This document shows positions 1 through 12,329 of a stretch of 64,000 nucleotides of DNA, in pieces; within the stretch, counting starts at the first letter, position 1; every line of letters starts with the position of its first letter. This DNA comes from Lama guanicoe (Eukaryota), in the NCBI GenBank assembly GCA_013239625.1, contig MU053472.1, positions 2,125,236 to 2,189,235 of the forward strand. Direction: 5' to 3'. Under the pieces are notes generated by a model. The model had not been told where the DNA came from. It was given only the letters and a program-made list of their open reading frames with translations, and searched no databases. The position numbers and the translations under genes were made by a program.

Positions 1-769
1 GATGAAGGAAAGTAGATAGGGCAGGGGCAGAAAAATCTCCAGTGGGATTTCTGCGAAGTCTCACTAAGAGGGACCAGGCTTACACTTTGCCGCTTAAACA
101 GCCCCTGCTTATTACCACCGCGTGACGGGGTCTGCAGAGTGTCCGGACGCCCCCTTCTAACGAGGGCAAACAGGCCCGGCTGCTCTGAGGATCACAGAAA
201 TTCTCCTGCAGAAACCCCACACCACCAAATTGTATCATTTGTGAAAATTAAAGCCTGAGCTGGAATCACGAGGTGAGGAGGAAGACGGGAAAGGGAAAGA
301 TGAGACAGGGCTGTGCCAAGTCCCAGCAGGTTAGGCCCCGGCTGTGGGCGCCCCCAGTGACCTGGGCCTGGCGCGGGGCAGGAGGGGCCCTGCCGTGTTT
401 GCCCATGGTCAGTACTGACCCCAGGCCGGCGGCGAACCCTGCCTGCCTGCCTGCCTGCTTGAGAATTCTAAGCTGGTGCTTGGTTCTCAGGGGTTGAGGG
501 AGGCAGAGCAGGGGGTACCCGTAGGCAAGCGGCCGTGAGAGAGACCAGCTCTGGGACCGCAGACAGGCTTGGGGAGGTTCACAAGCAGATGGCAAGAGAT
601 GCAGAACCAGGAGCGGGAGGGCCGTCTCAGAGCCCAGGGTTGCAGAGTGGACATCGGGGCCCCGGAGGGCTCAGGCTGGGGCAGGGCTGCTGGTGAGAGA
701 GAAAAGGCTGACTTAGCAAGTGAGAGTGGTGGGTGCCCGTGATCAGATCATTCCTAAGAGAAGAATGAC

Positions 770-1340
770 AAATGGATCATTAACCTGCACAAAACTAAGC
801 TCACTAATCATCGGAAATGCAAAGTAAAGTGATAAAAAAAATTCCACTTTTGTTTAAGAAGTTAATCAAATTTTAAGAGAAAGATGTGGGCAGCCTCTTT
901 TAGTCCTTGCTGGTGGGAGCACAGATTGTTACAGTCTTTCTGGAAAAAGCAATTTGGTAGCGTGGACAAAGACTCTAAACGTGCTCATATCCTAAAGAAA
1001 ATAACCAGAAAGGTGGACGTAGCTTAATGCTCTATAATGTTCATTGTGGTATTATTTTTAATAGCCCCAAATTGGCAGAAAGTAAATTATGGTTAAGTAA
1101 ATTATGATAGTCTCATATTCTGGAATATGATGTAGTCATTGACATTATGTTTACAAAGTGTTTAATGACATGGGGAATTGATTTAAAGCCAAGTGAAAAA
1201 AAGAGGATCATAATATAGAGCATGATCTCAAAAATATTGGAAAGTAAAAACAAAAATATTGGCATAGCCAAACTATAGATCATTAAATCACAACCAACAG
1301 GAGAATGAACTATACGAACCTGTATCTCCATGACATATTA
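770..1340 (+). mobile_element. Ancient L1 3' fragment (L1M/L1ME-like)
   Basis: Degenerate L1 ORF2-end/3'UTR motifs (ctcactaatcatcggaaatgcaaa; ttgctggtgggagcacagattgttacagtctttctggaaaaagcaatttggtag). Boundaries approximate. Confidence 0.7.
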
Positions 1341-3903
1341 TGTGAAAAAATTTTTCTGAGTAATATGTATGGTTTCCCCATTCATGTGAAACACAAAACG
1401 AAAGCAAACCTCTGTGTGTGTGTTCACGTATGTGCATGACATGTGAGGATGTGTGTATGTGAGTGACGTGTATTTGGGGGGGGGAGTGTGCATTAGGGGC
1501 CCAGAAAAGAGATAGGAGGGGTTGTTTCTGACAGACCCTTCATACGTCTCTGTTCTGTTTGACTCGTTCTGTAACTAGGAGATTTAATTAAAGAAAAAAG
1601 AAAAATAAGTTGGGATTACAGAAGTGCCCGAAATAAAAGAAGAAAGAGTAAAAGAAATTGTGCCCAAACGCTACAGCTGTAACCCTGGGAGGTGGCTGCT
1701 CCTGCGGGTCAAGTGAACCACGACTGACCTCTGGGCCCCCTGCCCTATTTGCTCTCCTCCTGACTCTGGAGTCTCCCTCCCAGACACCCCTTCTTCTGCC
1801 CAGGTCTTTAATACCACTGCTGCTCCAGGTCCGGGGCTTTAGCCTTCTCTTCTCACCGGCTGCTCTCCGTTGGTGGTGCCCACGTCTGTTCCCGCGGCTT
1901 CTTTCACCAACAAACGCCGATACATCTCAAAGCCAATCTCACTTCCCTCTCCTGAGACTGTCTCCTGGACGTTGCTGTTTAAGAAATGTCAGGATCTCCA
2001 ACTCTCCCTGTTCAAACGGGAACGATCCTCGCCCTCCAAGCTTCCCCTCGCCTTCTGTGTTTGGGTCCATGGCACCACCAGCCAACGTCCGGCTGTGCCA
2101 GTCAGAAACCTGGGCCTCCGTGCTGACTCCCCACCTGCCCGCCCCAACGCTTGCCGAATTACACAGATTCTGCTTCCTACAGAGCACTTACATCTGCACA
2201 CTTTTTCTCTTCCGCCAGGCCTGGCACGTCTGCCCAGCAGCAAATCCTTGGGTCTGGGCTGGCTGCCCTCTGGTGCCAGCTGGGTGAGGCTGCAGAGCTT
2301 TGGGCTGCTCTGAAGGGTCCATCATGGGGTGAAGGCTGTCCAGACGCGGAGCCAGGGGACTGCCCGAGGAGACAAGGATAGGAAAGCTGTCTTCACGCGG
2401 GACTCGGCTCACAGTTTAATGTGTCCTGAGTCTTCTGCTCTGGCCGCTGGCATGGGTGCAGTGAGGAAGCGAGCAGCTCATCCTCAGGATCACACGCCAT
2501 CTGAGCGTGCACCCAGAGCCTGATGCTGTCGCTGACAGCTCTCTTATCCAGCTGTTTCCTAGGGGCAAATAAGCCCCAGGAGTGCTAGATCGCGGCTGTT
2601 TCCAGCTCCATAGCTTATGTGGAGAGAGGCTGGGGCAGGGGGGCCTTGTGTGAGGCCGTCCCACAGCTCACACAGGCACCTGCTCAGAAGAGAGGGCAAG
2701 TTGTGAAGGGACAAAGGACAAAGGACAAAAGCATCAGTTTTTCCTGAGCCTGCACTCTGTTCCAGGTGCTTTACACAGGGAGCCACTTCTGGGGGTTCTT
2801 GCCTTTGGTTTGGTTTGTTTTCTGTCTTCTTAAGAGGGAGACTAGGCCAGTCCCATGTCAGCACAGGCTGAGTGGTCTCCCACGGAAGGGTTTGGGGAAG
2901 GGGACAGTCTGGAATCCCCAAAGGAGAAAGAGACATACAGACATGGATTTCCCAGTGTGCCCGAGTCTGACCTTTCTTCAGGTTTGGGTCTAAGGAATGG
3001 GGAGGGTCCTCCAAATGTAACTGAGTGACTAATTCGTGGCTCTTAGATTGACAATTGTCTCCACCAACCACAACCACCCACCCACCCTGGGCCAAGAACG
3101 TGGGTTATCTGTTGCCTTCCAGCTGACCAAAGGAGGGGGGCTGTCGGTGCACGAGACCTCATTGTCTCCGTGAGGCTAAGTCAGTTTGGTCCAAACTAGC
3201 AGAGTCAGTAAATAATCCAGGTACATCTAAAACAACTGTTTAAAGTGTTGGGGGGACGTGGCTTGGGTGACAGAACCAAGGTGTCTCTTCCTTGCCTTTC
3301 CAACTCCTGATCACAGTGTGCTTCCTTGGGATGACTCAGAGGAGTCTTGTTCTGGAGTCACTTCTCTTTATGCCAAGAATTCCTAGCGAGGATGCCTGAA
3401 GCAAAGGCTGAGTGTGAAATGATGTGGCTCCATTAGGAATGATGGAAACCATGTGAGCTGCTTTTAATGGCATCAGATACAGCCCAGCTCAGTCTTCCTT
3501 CGTCTTAGACTGCACGTGCTGACGGCCTGGCGCGCACGCTCTGTGGCCTGGACTGAAAATCCAGGGGCCGCGTCTTCTGAGCAGTTGATGGACCTGAACT
3601 TACTCCAGACACAGCGCCAAAGGTTCTTTCTGGCCTGTCACATTGGAGACTCCTGCGTAATTTTCTAGCCCAAGAGAATGAGCTTTTGGCTTCTTTCTAC
3701 ATTAGTGCGGAGCTGTGAAAAGGGCTTGGGACTGGGTGTGAGGCGGTGTGGGTCCTAGTGTGCATTCTGTCACCCCCTGCTGGTGTGACTTGCTCTCCTT
3801 CTGAGCTTCCTTTTCCTTCTTCCATGCAGCTCCTTATATCCTTTGCGACACTAACGCTCTATCATCCCATAAGGTCTGCAATCGTGAATTTCCTAGTCAT
3901 AGT

Positions 3904-4120
3904 CAGTGCTGTCTGAATCCACAGCAGGAGTCTCTCCAGAGGAGGGTAATGAAAGGAAATACTAGAACTTCTTCTATTTATTTTAATCTCATCCACTTCC
4001 AAATGTCTGTATTAGTGCCTATATATAATTAATAAATAAGTCTACACATAACATATTGGGAGTGTGTACTTTAAGGCTTTTTGCTGAAGGGAGCTGAGAT
4101 CATAAAAGTATGGAGACGAC
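3904..4120. mobile_element. Probable old hAT-Charlie-type MITE fragment
   Basis: Begins CAGTG and has an AT-rich interior embedded in GC-rich DNA; family not certain. Confidence 0.3.
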
Positions 4121-4199
4121 GGGGTGGGGGTGACAGAGGACTCACGTGAGGCTCTGGGCCACGTGACCATCCAGACATGGTTTACCAGAACTCTGGCTG

Positions 4200-4360
4200 G
4201 TAGTGGAGCGAGAGCGAGCCTGGAGCTCTACCATTTATTAGATGTTTGCCTCCTGTCTGTGAGCCTCCATCTCTCCATGTGTTAATTAGGGGCCGTGAAC
4301 TGCCACCTATCTTCCAAGGTTATAGAAAAGATGAAATAAGAGAGTAGAGACAAACGTGCT
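4200..4360 (+). mobile_element. MIR SINE
   Basis: gctctaccatttattag...gagcctccatctctccatgtgttaa...gatgaaataag resembles the MIR core. Confidence 0.65.
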
Positions 4361-4779
4361 CTCCCCTCCCCCGACACGGAATGCCAGTCTACACAGGTTT
4401 CGTTTTTTGATGCTTAAAAGATGTGAGACTTTTTTCTTCCCCCTAGGAAATTCCTTTTATTGCTTTTCAGGACTTTATTGCTTCTCCTGTCTCACAGTTA
4501 AGCCTTCTTTAACAGATGCCAAAGCCTAGATCTACGTGCAGTGAGGTGTACAATGCCAAGGGGGGTGGGAGGTGATGCTGGGAAGAATCCTGCTAGGTTG
4601 TTCCAGCCCTCTGAGCACCTCACACTCCCAGGGGTTTGGGGTTCAGCCAAGATTCAGGACAACAGTCAAGGACAGTTAGGAAAGGGCGTTCCTGCATAGG
4701 AGAAGCCGTCCCCGTTTACCAGTGCCTCCAGGAAGGGACGGCTTGAGTTTTGTGCCCCTTCATTCAGAGCCCATTGCCC

Positions 4780-4985
4780 AACTCAGTGACACTGGGAATG
4801 AATCTATTTCAAGAAAGTCCCAACTCTGCCACTGTCCTGTTGGAGTCCTTGGACAAGGCCTTCAGTCTTTCTTGGCTTCGAGGTCCTCATTTACAAAAAG
4901 GGATGGGTAATATCCATGCTGCCACCTCCTAAGGCTTGGTTCATGGGCCAAATAAGATGCTCTGCATAAAAAACTTAGTAAGAAA
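4780..4985 (+). mobile_element. MIR SINE
   Basis: ctctgccact...ccttggacaagg...cctcatttacaaaaaggg...aaataagatg resembles MIR. Confidence 0.65.
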
Positions 4986-5997
4986 TGAAAGGGATTGCAA
5001 TTACTAAGCTTCCTGTTGGTCCAATGAGTACCAATCCATGCTTGTCTTGCATCTTCATGGGGAAAAAAAAAAAACCCACACTACTTTTTATGGACTGGGG
5101 AGGGGGAACGGTTGGCGAGGTACTGAGCAATCTCATCGGCTCTGAGAGGTGAATGATTTAGCATCATCACCTGCCTTATCATTATCCTTGCCCTGCCTGT
5201 ATCCTCAGCTTTTGACGAGGTCAATTTCCGGCTCACGCAGGAAAGCCTGTGGCTGTGGTCAGGAACAATCGGCCACAGTGCTCCTCTCGCGTTGTTGATC
5301 CTTTCATTTCCTCCAGCCAACTCCTGCCGCGGGACAACGTTCTGAGTTTTAAGCTACTCTTTTGGACCAGGCATTTACAGCAGCCTTAAGCACCCAGCCC
5401 CTCTCTCACATTTGCTGTCCAGCTACTGCTCTGGATGGCAAGATCGCTAATTGGGACATGCCAAGTGGTAAGAAAGATTCAAGAAGCTGGTTCACTGGAC
5501 CTTAAATATCCTGCCCACAGCTTTACAGCTCAGGCAGCCATGGAGGAAGCATGAGTCATACCCGAGAGGTGAGGCTGCTGCTCAGGGAAGGCCTCTCCAA
5601 TGACATTTTTCACACTTTTAATAAACCGCCGTATTATTAGAATTCACCAAAGCTGAATTTAATGAAAGTCTTGGGCCCTAAGGCCCGAATTTTTCTTTTG
5701 TATTGCAAAATGAAACCAACTGGTCCAATTCAAATTAACCCCAGCAAATGTGTCGACTTTAATTATGTTTCTTTCATTCTTTTTCCTTTCTCTCTTTTTC
5801 TCTCCTGCTCTCCACTTTCTCGTTGTCAAATTTTGCTGTGATGACAATCCGTTGGAAGAAACGGAAGTGTACAGGAAGAAGAAATAAAATATGAGAAACA
5901 GTCAGATAGTCACAAGTTTCTCTATAGGATTCTTTAAGAAAAGTTACTGATCAGCAACCCAAATTCATAGGGGAATTTGTAAAAGAGAATGAAAAGG

Positions 5998-6135
5998 GTA
6001 GGGAGGGTGTAGCTCAGTGGTAGAGTGCATGCTTAGCATGCATTAGGTCCTGGGTTCAATTCCCAGTACCTCCATTTAAAAAAAAAAAATCAAATTATCT
6101 ATTTCTTCCACAAAAAAAAAAAAAAAGAGAGAGAG
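5998..6135 (+). mobile_element. tRNA-Ala-derived camelid SINE (Vic-1 type)
   Basis: A box TAGCTCAGTGG, anticodon loop TTAGCAT, B box GGTTCAATTCC, A-rich/(GA)n tail; perfect 14-bp TSD agagaatgaaaagg at 5984-5997 and 6136-6149. Confidence 0.9.
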
Positions 6136-7199
6136 AGAGAATGAAAAGGTGAAAAAGACAAGGTCCTCTCAACTTGTACCAGAGATATAACCTGATTTAA
6201 AATTCAATTTTGTGAATGCTCTTTCAATTAGACCTGCTAAGCATCATTTCATAACGGGCAACTCTGCACACAAAACTTGTGCCTTCAAATAAACAATCGC
6301 TCCAGAAATAATAAGACCAGTCCTTTATATTTCACATTTCTGGGGCTAAGCCCTTGGGAACTACCTTGGGGGCGGTGGGTAATGAAATGCGCTGCTGTGC
6401 ACCTGGCCTTCAGCTAGTCAGAAGCTTGGGCGGCAGGAAATAGCTCTGCGGCAGCTTCCGTATTTGCAGGAGCTGGTGAAAAGACATCTTTTTCCCCCCC
6501 CTCACAGCTACGTTCACAAACAAATGTTCACTCTCCAACCCCCGCCCCAATTGGAGCATATTTACCCAATAGAGTAAGGCCTTCAAATGCCTCCTTGTCC
6601 TGCATGGAGCAAGTAGGCACAAGTGGCCCGGGCTCCCAGCTTCGTGGCCACCTTGTGGAGTTTGCTCTCGGCCCTTCCTTCCCGAAGGCGGGTCCGCCAG
6701 CCTCCAGGGCCCAGATCCCCAACTAGAGTTACTGGACCACAAAGTCACCCAAGATGTTGGCGAGGGGATCTATTTTGAATGCACTGCCTTCTCCATCAAG
6801 AGGCAGGCGGCAGAGGGGGACTGGGAAGAAACCCAGGTGCAAAGCTGCCTTTGTCTTAGGCAATTCCTCCTTCCAGGGTCAGGCTCAGCTCTGATTCCTG
6901 CAGGGAAGTCCCTGCTTGGCATCAAGGCTGGCCGCAGGCATAAGATCCTAATTATTTGAATGGTATTTGTTTTCATAGCTCTCTCTCTCTCTCTCTCTTT
7001 TTTTAAATGTGTCCAGGTCGATGGCATTTTAATGCCTTATTAAACGGGGGTTTTACAGCAGTCTGTCTGTTCAGTCTCTGGGCCCATGCCTGTACTTTGT
7101 GTGCAGGGATTTTATCTTTCCTGCTGGCAGAAAATATTTTCCGAATTCCCTATAAAAGTTTTCAAGATTTCCTAAGACAAACAGAGCCCTACCAACTCT

Positions 7200-7600
7200 A
7201 AAATGACCTTGATGCAGTCGGAGTTACGTTCAGACACACGCACTCTCCCTTGTTTACACAAAGAACTGAACTTCGCTTGTACTCATTAACTGCCGTTATG
7301 AGCACACCAAATTTGCTCCACAAATGCTCTGGTGCATAAAAACACAACTCTACCTGGGATGGCTCGCCAGAATCCCATCTTTTACTGGTTTCTTCCATCC
7401 TCTCAGATGGCCGCCTTGGCTTTGAAGGCGGCATCAATAAAGCCCGTCCTGGACGAGGGGTTTACAGAAGAGCGGGCGGCAGCGCGCAGCCGAGGGGAGC
7501 AGCCAGCCCTGCAACAGGAACATGGCTGGCTGACGACCACAGAGCCGCCTGGGAGAAAAAGTCAGCCGGGCCCTTTTGTTGACTTGCCAGCGTCGAAAAT
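7200..7600. promoter_or_regulatory. Candidate enhancer (NR5A/ERR, FOX, SOX, ONECUT motifs; CpG-retaining)
   Basis: TGACCTTGA 7204-7212, TGTTTAC 7251-7257, ACAAAG 7258-7263, ATCAATAA 7433-7440; CpG-rich patch at about 7470-7600. Confidence 0.4.
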
Positions 7601-7689
7601 TTTATGAAAATGGATTGTTCAGAAGGAAGTCGAATGTAGAAAGTACTGAAATAAGCCACAAGTCAGGCGACCTGGTGTTACGGAAAGAA

Positions 7690-8065
7690 CTTAGAACCGA
7701 GATTGGGTTCAAATCTCATTTCTGGTACATGTCAGCATGTGATCTCGGGCAAATGACACGGGGGAAAGGATCTACCTCTCTATCTATCTCTCGCTGTCTA
7801 CCTCAGGGTTATCATGAGGATGGAAACGAAGGGATGTATAGAAAACATCGAGTGCAGGGGCTGACACAAGTGTTTGTAAATAGCGATTGGCACTGTCTCG
7901 TGAGGGTCCTTAGGACTCAGATAGGCAAGCACGATGGTCAAGCTCCGTTAAGGGTTCTGGAAGTGGGAGGGGAAAGGAGGTCTAAGGGATGTGCTGCCCA
8001 ACTCTGCGCCAAAAGCCAGAATTTAAATGCAGATCTGACTCCAAAGCCGGGTTCCACTATCCAGC
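7690..8065. mobile_element. Two MIR fragments in opposite orientation
   Basis: gggttcaaatctc...tgtgatctcgggcaaatgac (+), then ccagaatttaaatgcagatctgactccaaagcc (-). Confidence 0.6.
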
Positions 8066-9059
8066 TTAGGGAAATTAAATATGGAGAATTATGTCAGCTC
8101 CCTGCAACACAACCCAAGCCCGAATGAGCCAGATGGGACTTATTTTGCTTATGTGGCATTAAAAATCGCCTCTGATGCTAATGACTTAGCCACCAGGAAA
8201 GCTCCCTCTGAATTTCTATTTCGCTGGGTCGTTTTTGAGCACTCCCCTCTTGATGGTGTTTCACTACCAATGCCACTTTTAACACTTAAGACAAATATCC
8301 TGGAGATGAATTTGTAGGGGTGCCCAGCCCATTCTGAACATTTCTTGCTTAGTCTATATCTGCTGTCATTGATCGTGTCACAACCAAAGATGAAAGGTGG
8401 CTGGATGCCTGCAGCCGGAAAGGACAATAATCGGGGGTCATGTTTATGCTTCTATGATTAAAACCTGTCATTTAGTTAACTAACACTTTTCCACTTTCAT
8501 GGAATCAATGAATACTCTCAATTTTAAGGAGTATATGTTTTATTCCTTGATATTCTATTTGATTCTTTTTCAAGATAGTTTAGTCTTTTTAAAAAAAAAT
8601 TGCCTTTTCTGTTTCTGTTCTCTTCTTTTTCTGTATTTAATTATCTTAAACATGTTTTAAAAGAATCTCTAGATGATAATTCTGTTATCTGCAGTTCTTG
8701 GGAGAAGTGCCTAAATCTGCCATTTATTGGGTCTACTAATGTTTCACAACAGGGTTTTCTTTTCTATTGTTTTATAATTTTTTAAGAACTCATCCTAAGC
8801 CAGTCTTTATCTCTTGTCAGATCCCTTCAGAACAGTTTTGGTTTTGCTTAGGAAGATTACCTTTTATGTTGATTTTCTTCAGTTTGCGTTCTTGGACTAT
8901 GCAAGAAGAATAAATTCAGACCCTGAACCCAAAGGAAGGAGAAACCTGTCTTGTGCTGGGTAGAAGAAAACAGGGTTTTAGCTATTCCAGAGTCTTTGTG
9001 TCAGCTTCTCTACTTTCCTGTCCTTATATGTCAGTTAAAAGCTCAAGCCACTTGCATTG

Positions 9060-10520
9060 AAGAAGAATTAAACTGGAGGACTTATACTATATATAAGAAG
9101 AATTGTCATAAAACTAGAGCAGTTAAAGAAGTATGGTACTGGTGCAAAGACAGATGAACGGACAAATGAAACAGAACAGAGTCTAGAAACAGACCCACAA
9201 GTATATGATTCTTGAATTATGAGAAACATGGGCACTGCAGTGGAAAGAGATGGTGCTGTGTTGATTGGATATCCATGTGGAACCAAATGAAATTTGATCC
9301 CTGACTCACACCATACAGAAAAATAAATTCCAGGTGGATTGTGAGCTATGAAATATGAAACAATAAAATGTTTAAAAGAAAACAAGAAGAATATCTCTAT
9401 GGCTTTGGGCTAAGCAAGGATTTCTTAAAGAGGACAAAAAGCACTAACCATAATGGAAGAAACTCCTAGATTGGTCTATATTGAATTATAAACTTACATT
9501 TATCAAAAGACTTCACTAAGAAAATGAAAATCCAAGTACAGAATAGAAGATATTGAAGGTTTTTTTGGTATATGTAAACTCAAATCCAGAACAGTTAAAG
9601 AACCCCTATAAATCAATAGGAAAAAGGCAGACTTCCCAATGGATAAATGGGCAAAAGACTTGGCTCTTTGCAAAAGAGGATATCCAGATTTCCAAGAAAC
9701 AAATGAATAGGTGCTCACCTTCAACAGTGATCAAGAAAACGCAAATTATGACTATAACACAATACTACTATACTCCCATCAGAATGGCTAAAATGAAAAA
9801 AGACAAACCATACAGAGTGCTGGTGGAATGTTCATGTACAGCTGGTGAGAGTGTAAGCTGGCATGACTGCTTTGGAAAAGCATTTGGCAGCATCTACTAA
9901 ACTGTTTGTCACTATCCTACAATTATGTTTAGTAGGGCCATGGGGACATACCCTGTGGCCCAGCAATTCCCCTCTTAGGTATATACAGAAAAGAAATGTG
10001 TGCACGTGCCAACAAAAAGGTCTACAGAATGTTAACAGCAGCACTATGACGGTAGCATAATTCATTATAACTTAAAAGTGTAAACAACCCAATGTCATCT
10101 GTAGTAAGAAGGAAGGATAAGCAATTGGTGGTATATTCACACACTGGACTATTACACAGCAGTAAGAATGAATGAATTACAACTTAGTGCAAAAGCACAG
10201 ATATCGCTTACAAAGCTAATGTTAAGCAAAAAGGCAGGACTTAAATGAACGCATACGGTGTGTTTTCATTATACAGATTCCAAACAGGCAAAACTAATTT
10301 GATATCATTAGAAGTTAGGATAGAGGTTTCCCTTAGAGAGATGGGTAGTGATTGGATGGGGCAAAGGAAGGCTTCTGGAGTCCTGGTTAAAAACAAAAAT
10401 TGTTTTTCTTGGTGTGGGTACTAGTTACATGGATGTGTTAAAAGGCATCAAACTGTATAATTATGATTTGTGCAAATTTCTGTTATGCATGTTACACTTC
10501 AAAAAAGTTTACTAAAAAAG
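9060..10520 (+). mobile_element. L1 ORF2 3' end plus 3'UTR (old L1MC/L1ME-like)
   Basis: Frame-broken ORF2 C-terminal remnants (VWYWCKDR; YYYTPIRMAKMKK; ESVSWHDCFGK) and an A-rich tail near 10500-10560. Confidence 0.85.
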
Positions 10521-10712
10521 AAAAAAAGAAAATCTTTAACCAATTAAAAAGAGAAAAACAAAATTCAAGGTCTTGGGTTAATAACATAGGTTCTTTACCC
10601 CCAGGTAAAATTTACAACTATTTTTAGTTTCTCTTACATTTTTCATTTTGGGGGATTTTTCTTACTTTCTTAAAAGCTCAGCTATATATTTAAGTGAAAA
10701 TTGCTATATATT

Positions 10713-10895
10713 CTTCTATCGCAATATTGACATTTAATATTATTAGTTTTAGGCGTATAACATAATGACTTGCTATATATGTATATTGTGAAGTGATCAC
10801 CACAAGAAAGTTTAGTTAACATCCATCACCACACGTAGTTACACATTTTTTGTGTGTGCGTGTGATAAGAACTTTTAAGGTCCACTCTTTTATCA
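10713..10895 (-). mobile_element. L1 3'-end fragment (L1MA9-like), nested
   Basis: tatattgtgaagtgatcaccac...tttagttaacatccatcacc; degenerate TSD gaaaattgctatatatt (10696-10712) / gaaagttgctaaatttt (10896-10912). Confidence 0.7.
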
Positions 10896-11242
10896 GAAAG
10901 TTGCTAAATTTTATTCGTCTTTCAAGAGGTTTTTGAGCAGGAGCATTTTCAGGTTAAGTCACAGTATTATCAAAATCAAAAGTCTTCTGTGAAAAGGTAG
11001 TCAACTTCAACAGTCATCAGGGAAATGCAAATTATAGCCACAACACAATACTAGCTTACCCTCATTTGTTTGAATTTCCTTAAGCATTTTTACTTCTTAA
11101 GTGATTCTGTTCTAACTGAAGCACGGATCTAGGCTCAGTAAACCATGAGGTTAAAGACGGGTGACTTAGAATAGTCTTAAGTTAAATGATTCTTCATACA
11201 TCATCTTGGATTCATATAGATCCCCACCACCACCACCACCCC

Positions 11243-11698
11243 CAGTTTTACTGGGAAAAAATCAACATGCATCATTGTATAAGTTTAAGGTGTACAGCAC
11301 GAAGGTTTGATTTATATGCATTGTGAAATGATTATCATTATCAGTTCAGCTAACAATCATCTTCTCATATAGATACCATAATAAAGAAAAGAAAGAAAAA
11401 AAGAAAGGAAAAAACCCTTTCTTCTTGCAATGAGAATTCTTAGTATTCACCCTCAACAACTTTCCTATGTATCATGCAGCAGTGTTAGCTGTAGTCATTG
11501 TGTAAGTCCATCCTGGTACTTACTTAGAACTAGAAGTTTGTACCTTTGGGCCACCTTCATCCTGGTCCCCTCCCTCCACCGTTGATAACCGTAAATCTGG
11601 CCTCTTTTTCTATGAATTTGTTTTGTTTGCTTGTTTCCATGTATAATTCCACATATACGTGAGATCATACAGCATTTGTCTTTCTACGTCTGATTTAC
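11243..11698 (-). mobile_element. L1 3'UTR fragment (L1MA9-like)
   Basis: tgtataagtttaaggtgtacagc...attccacatatacgtgagatcatacagcatttgtctttct is typical antisense L1 3' end. Confidence 0.85.
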
Positions 11699-12184
11699 GG
11701 GGACTAATTACCTTCCTTGCTGCCCCAGGCACTCTGTCTGCCAGCAAGAAGATGAGGAGAGAGAGGTGACATTCTCTCTCCCTGACCTTAGTCTGTTTGA
11801 GAAGGCTGGTTCTTATGGTATTCCAGCAGAATCTTTTTTAAAAGGTCTTTTTATAAACTGTGCTCAGTTGAAGCAAAGAAATTCAACAGGAATGTGGACA
11901 CTAAATCTTGCCTTGTGGAACTCTTAGTTCTCAGGTTGGGGGAAAGGAGTTATAGGAATAATTTTGATAGAGTGATTTCTTTTTTCATTAGTTCACAAAG
12001 TGGTTATTTCCTTCTATTAATTTTCTTAAGTTTGAGGCAAACTGAGGAAACTGCACAAAAACAGGATGCATCGAGTAGTTTCAGCCCTTTCCCTCTGTGC
12101 TTAGCTTTCTAGTGGGTTTCAGATGAGGAACAGAAGGGAGGACATGGTCCTGTAGTCCAGGAGCCTGTTTCACTGGGGACTCAG

Positions 12185-12260
12185 AACTAGCGCGTGCGCA
12201 GCAGCAGCAAAAAGATGGGGTGTAATCACCACTCGTTAACGCGGACCGGAAGAAAGGAGT
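12185..12260. promoter_or_regulatory. Candidate mini-promoter (NRF1 + YY1 + ETS)
   Basis: GCGCGTGCGCA 12190-12200, AAGATGG 12212-12218, ACCGGAAG 12245-12252 in a small CpG-retaining patch. Confidence 0.45.
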
Positions 12261-12329
12261 TCCTTTAACACCCTTCTTCTGCATCTCCAAACGTAGCTCT
12301 TTCCTTACTTTTGCTTGTCTTGTACATCG

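Noticed and set aside
266..3095. Many long overlapping ORFs (209, 178, 147 and 109 aa) in the GC-rich left end
   Set aside because: They overlap in several frames and strands, many have non-ATG starts, composition is P/L/S/R-rich, and no domain is recognisable; expected from stop-codon scarcity in GC-rich DNA.
5998..6075. tRNA-Ala(AGC) gene (also at 20359 and 21637)
   Set aside because: Stem mismatches, an extended 5' head, A-rich tails and TSDs identify these as SINEs.
7576..8127. 183-aa ORF
   Set aside because: Runs through two MIR fragments; no recognisable protein.
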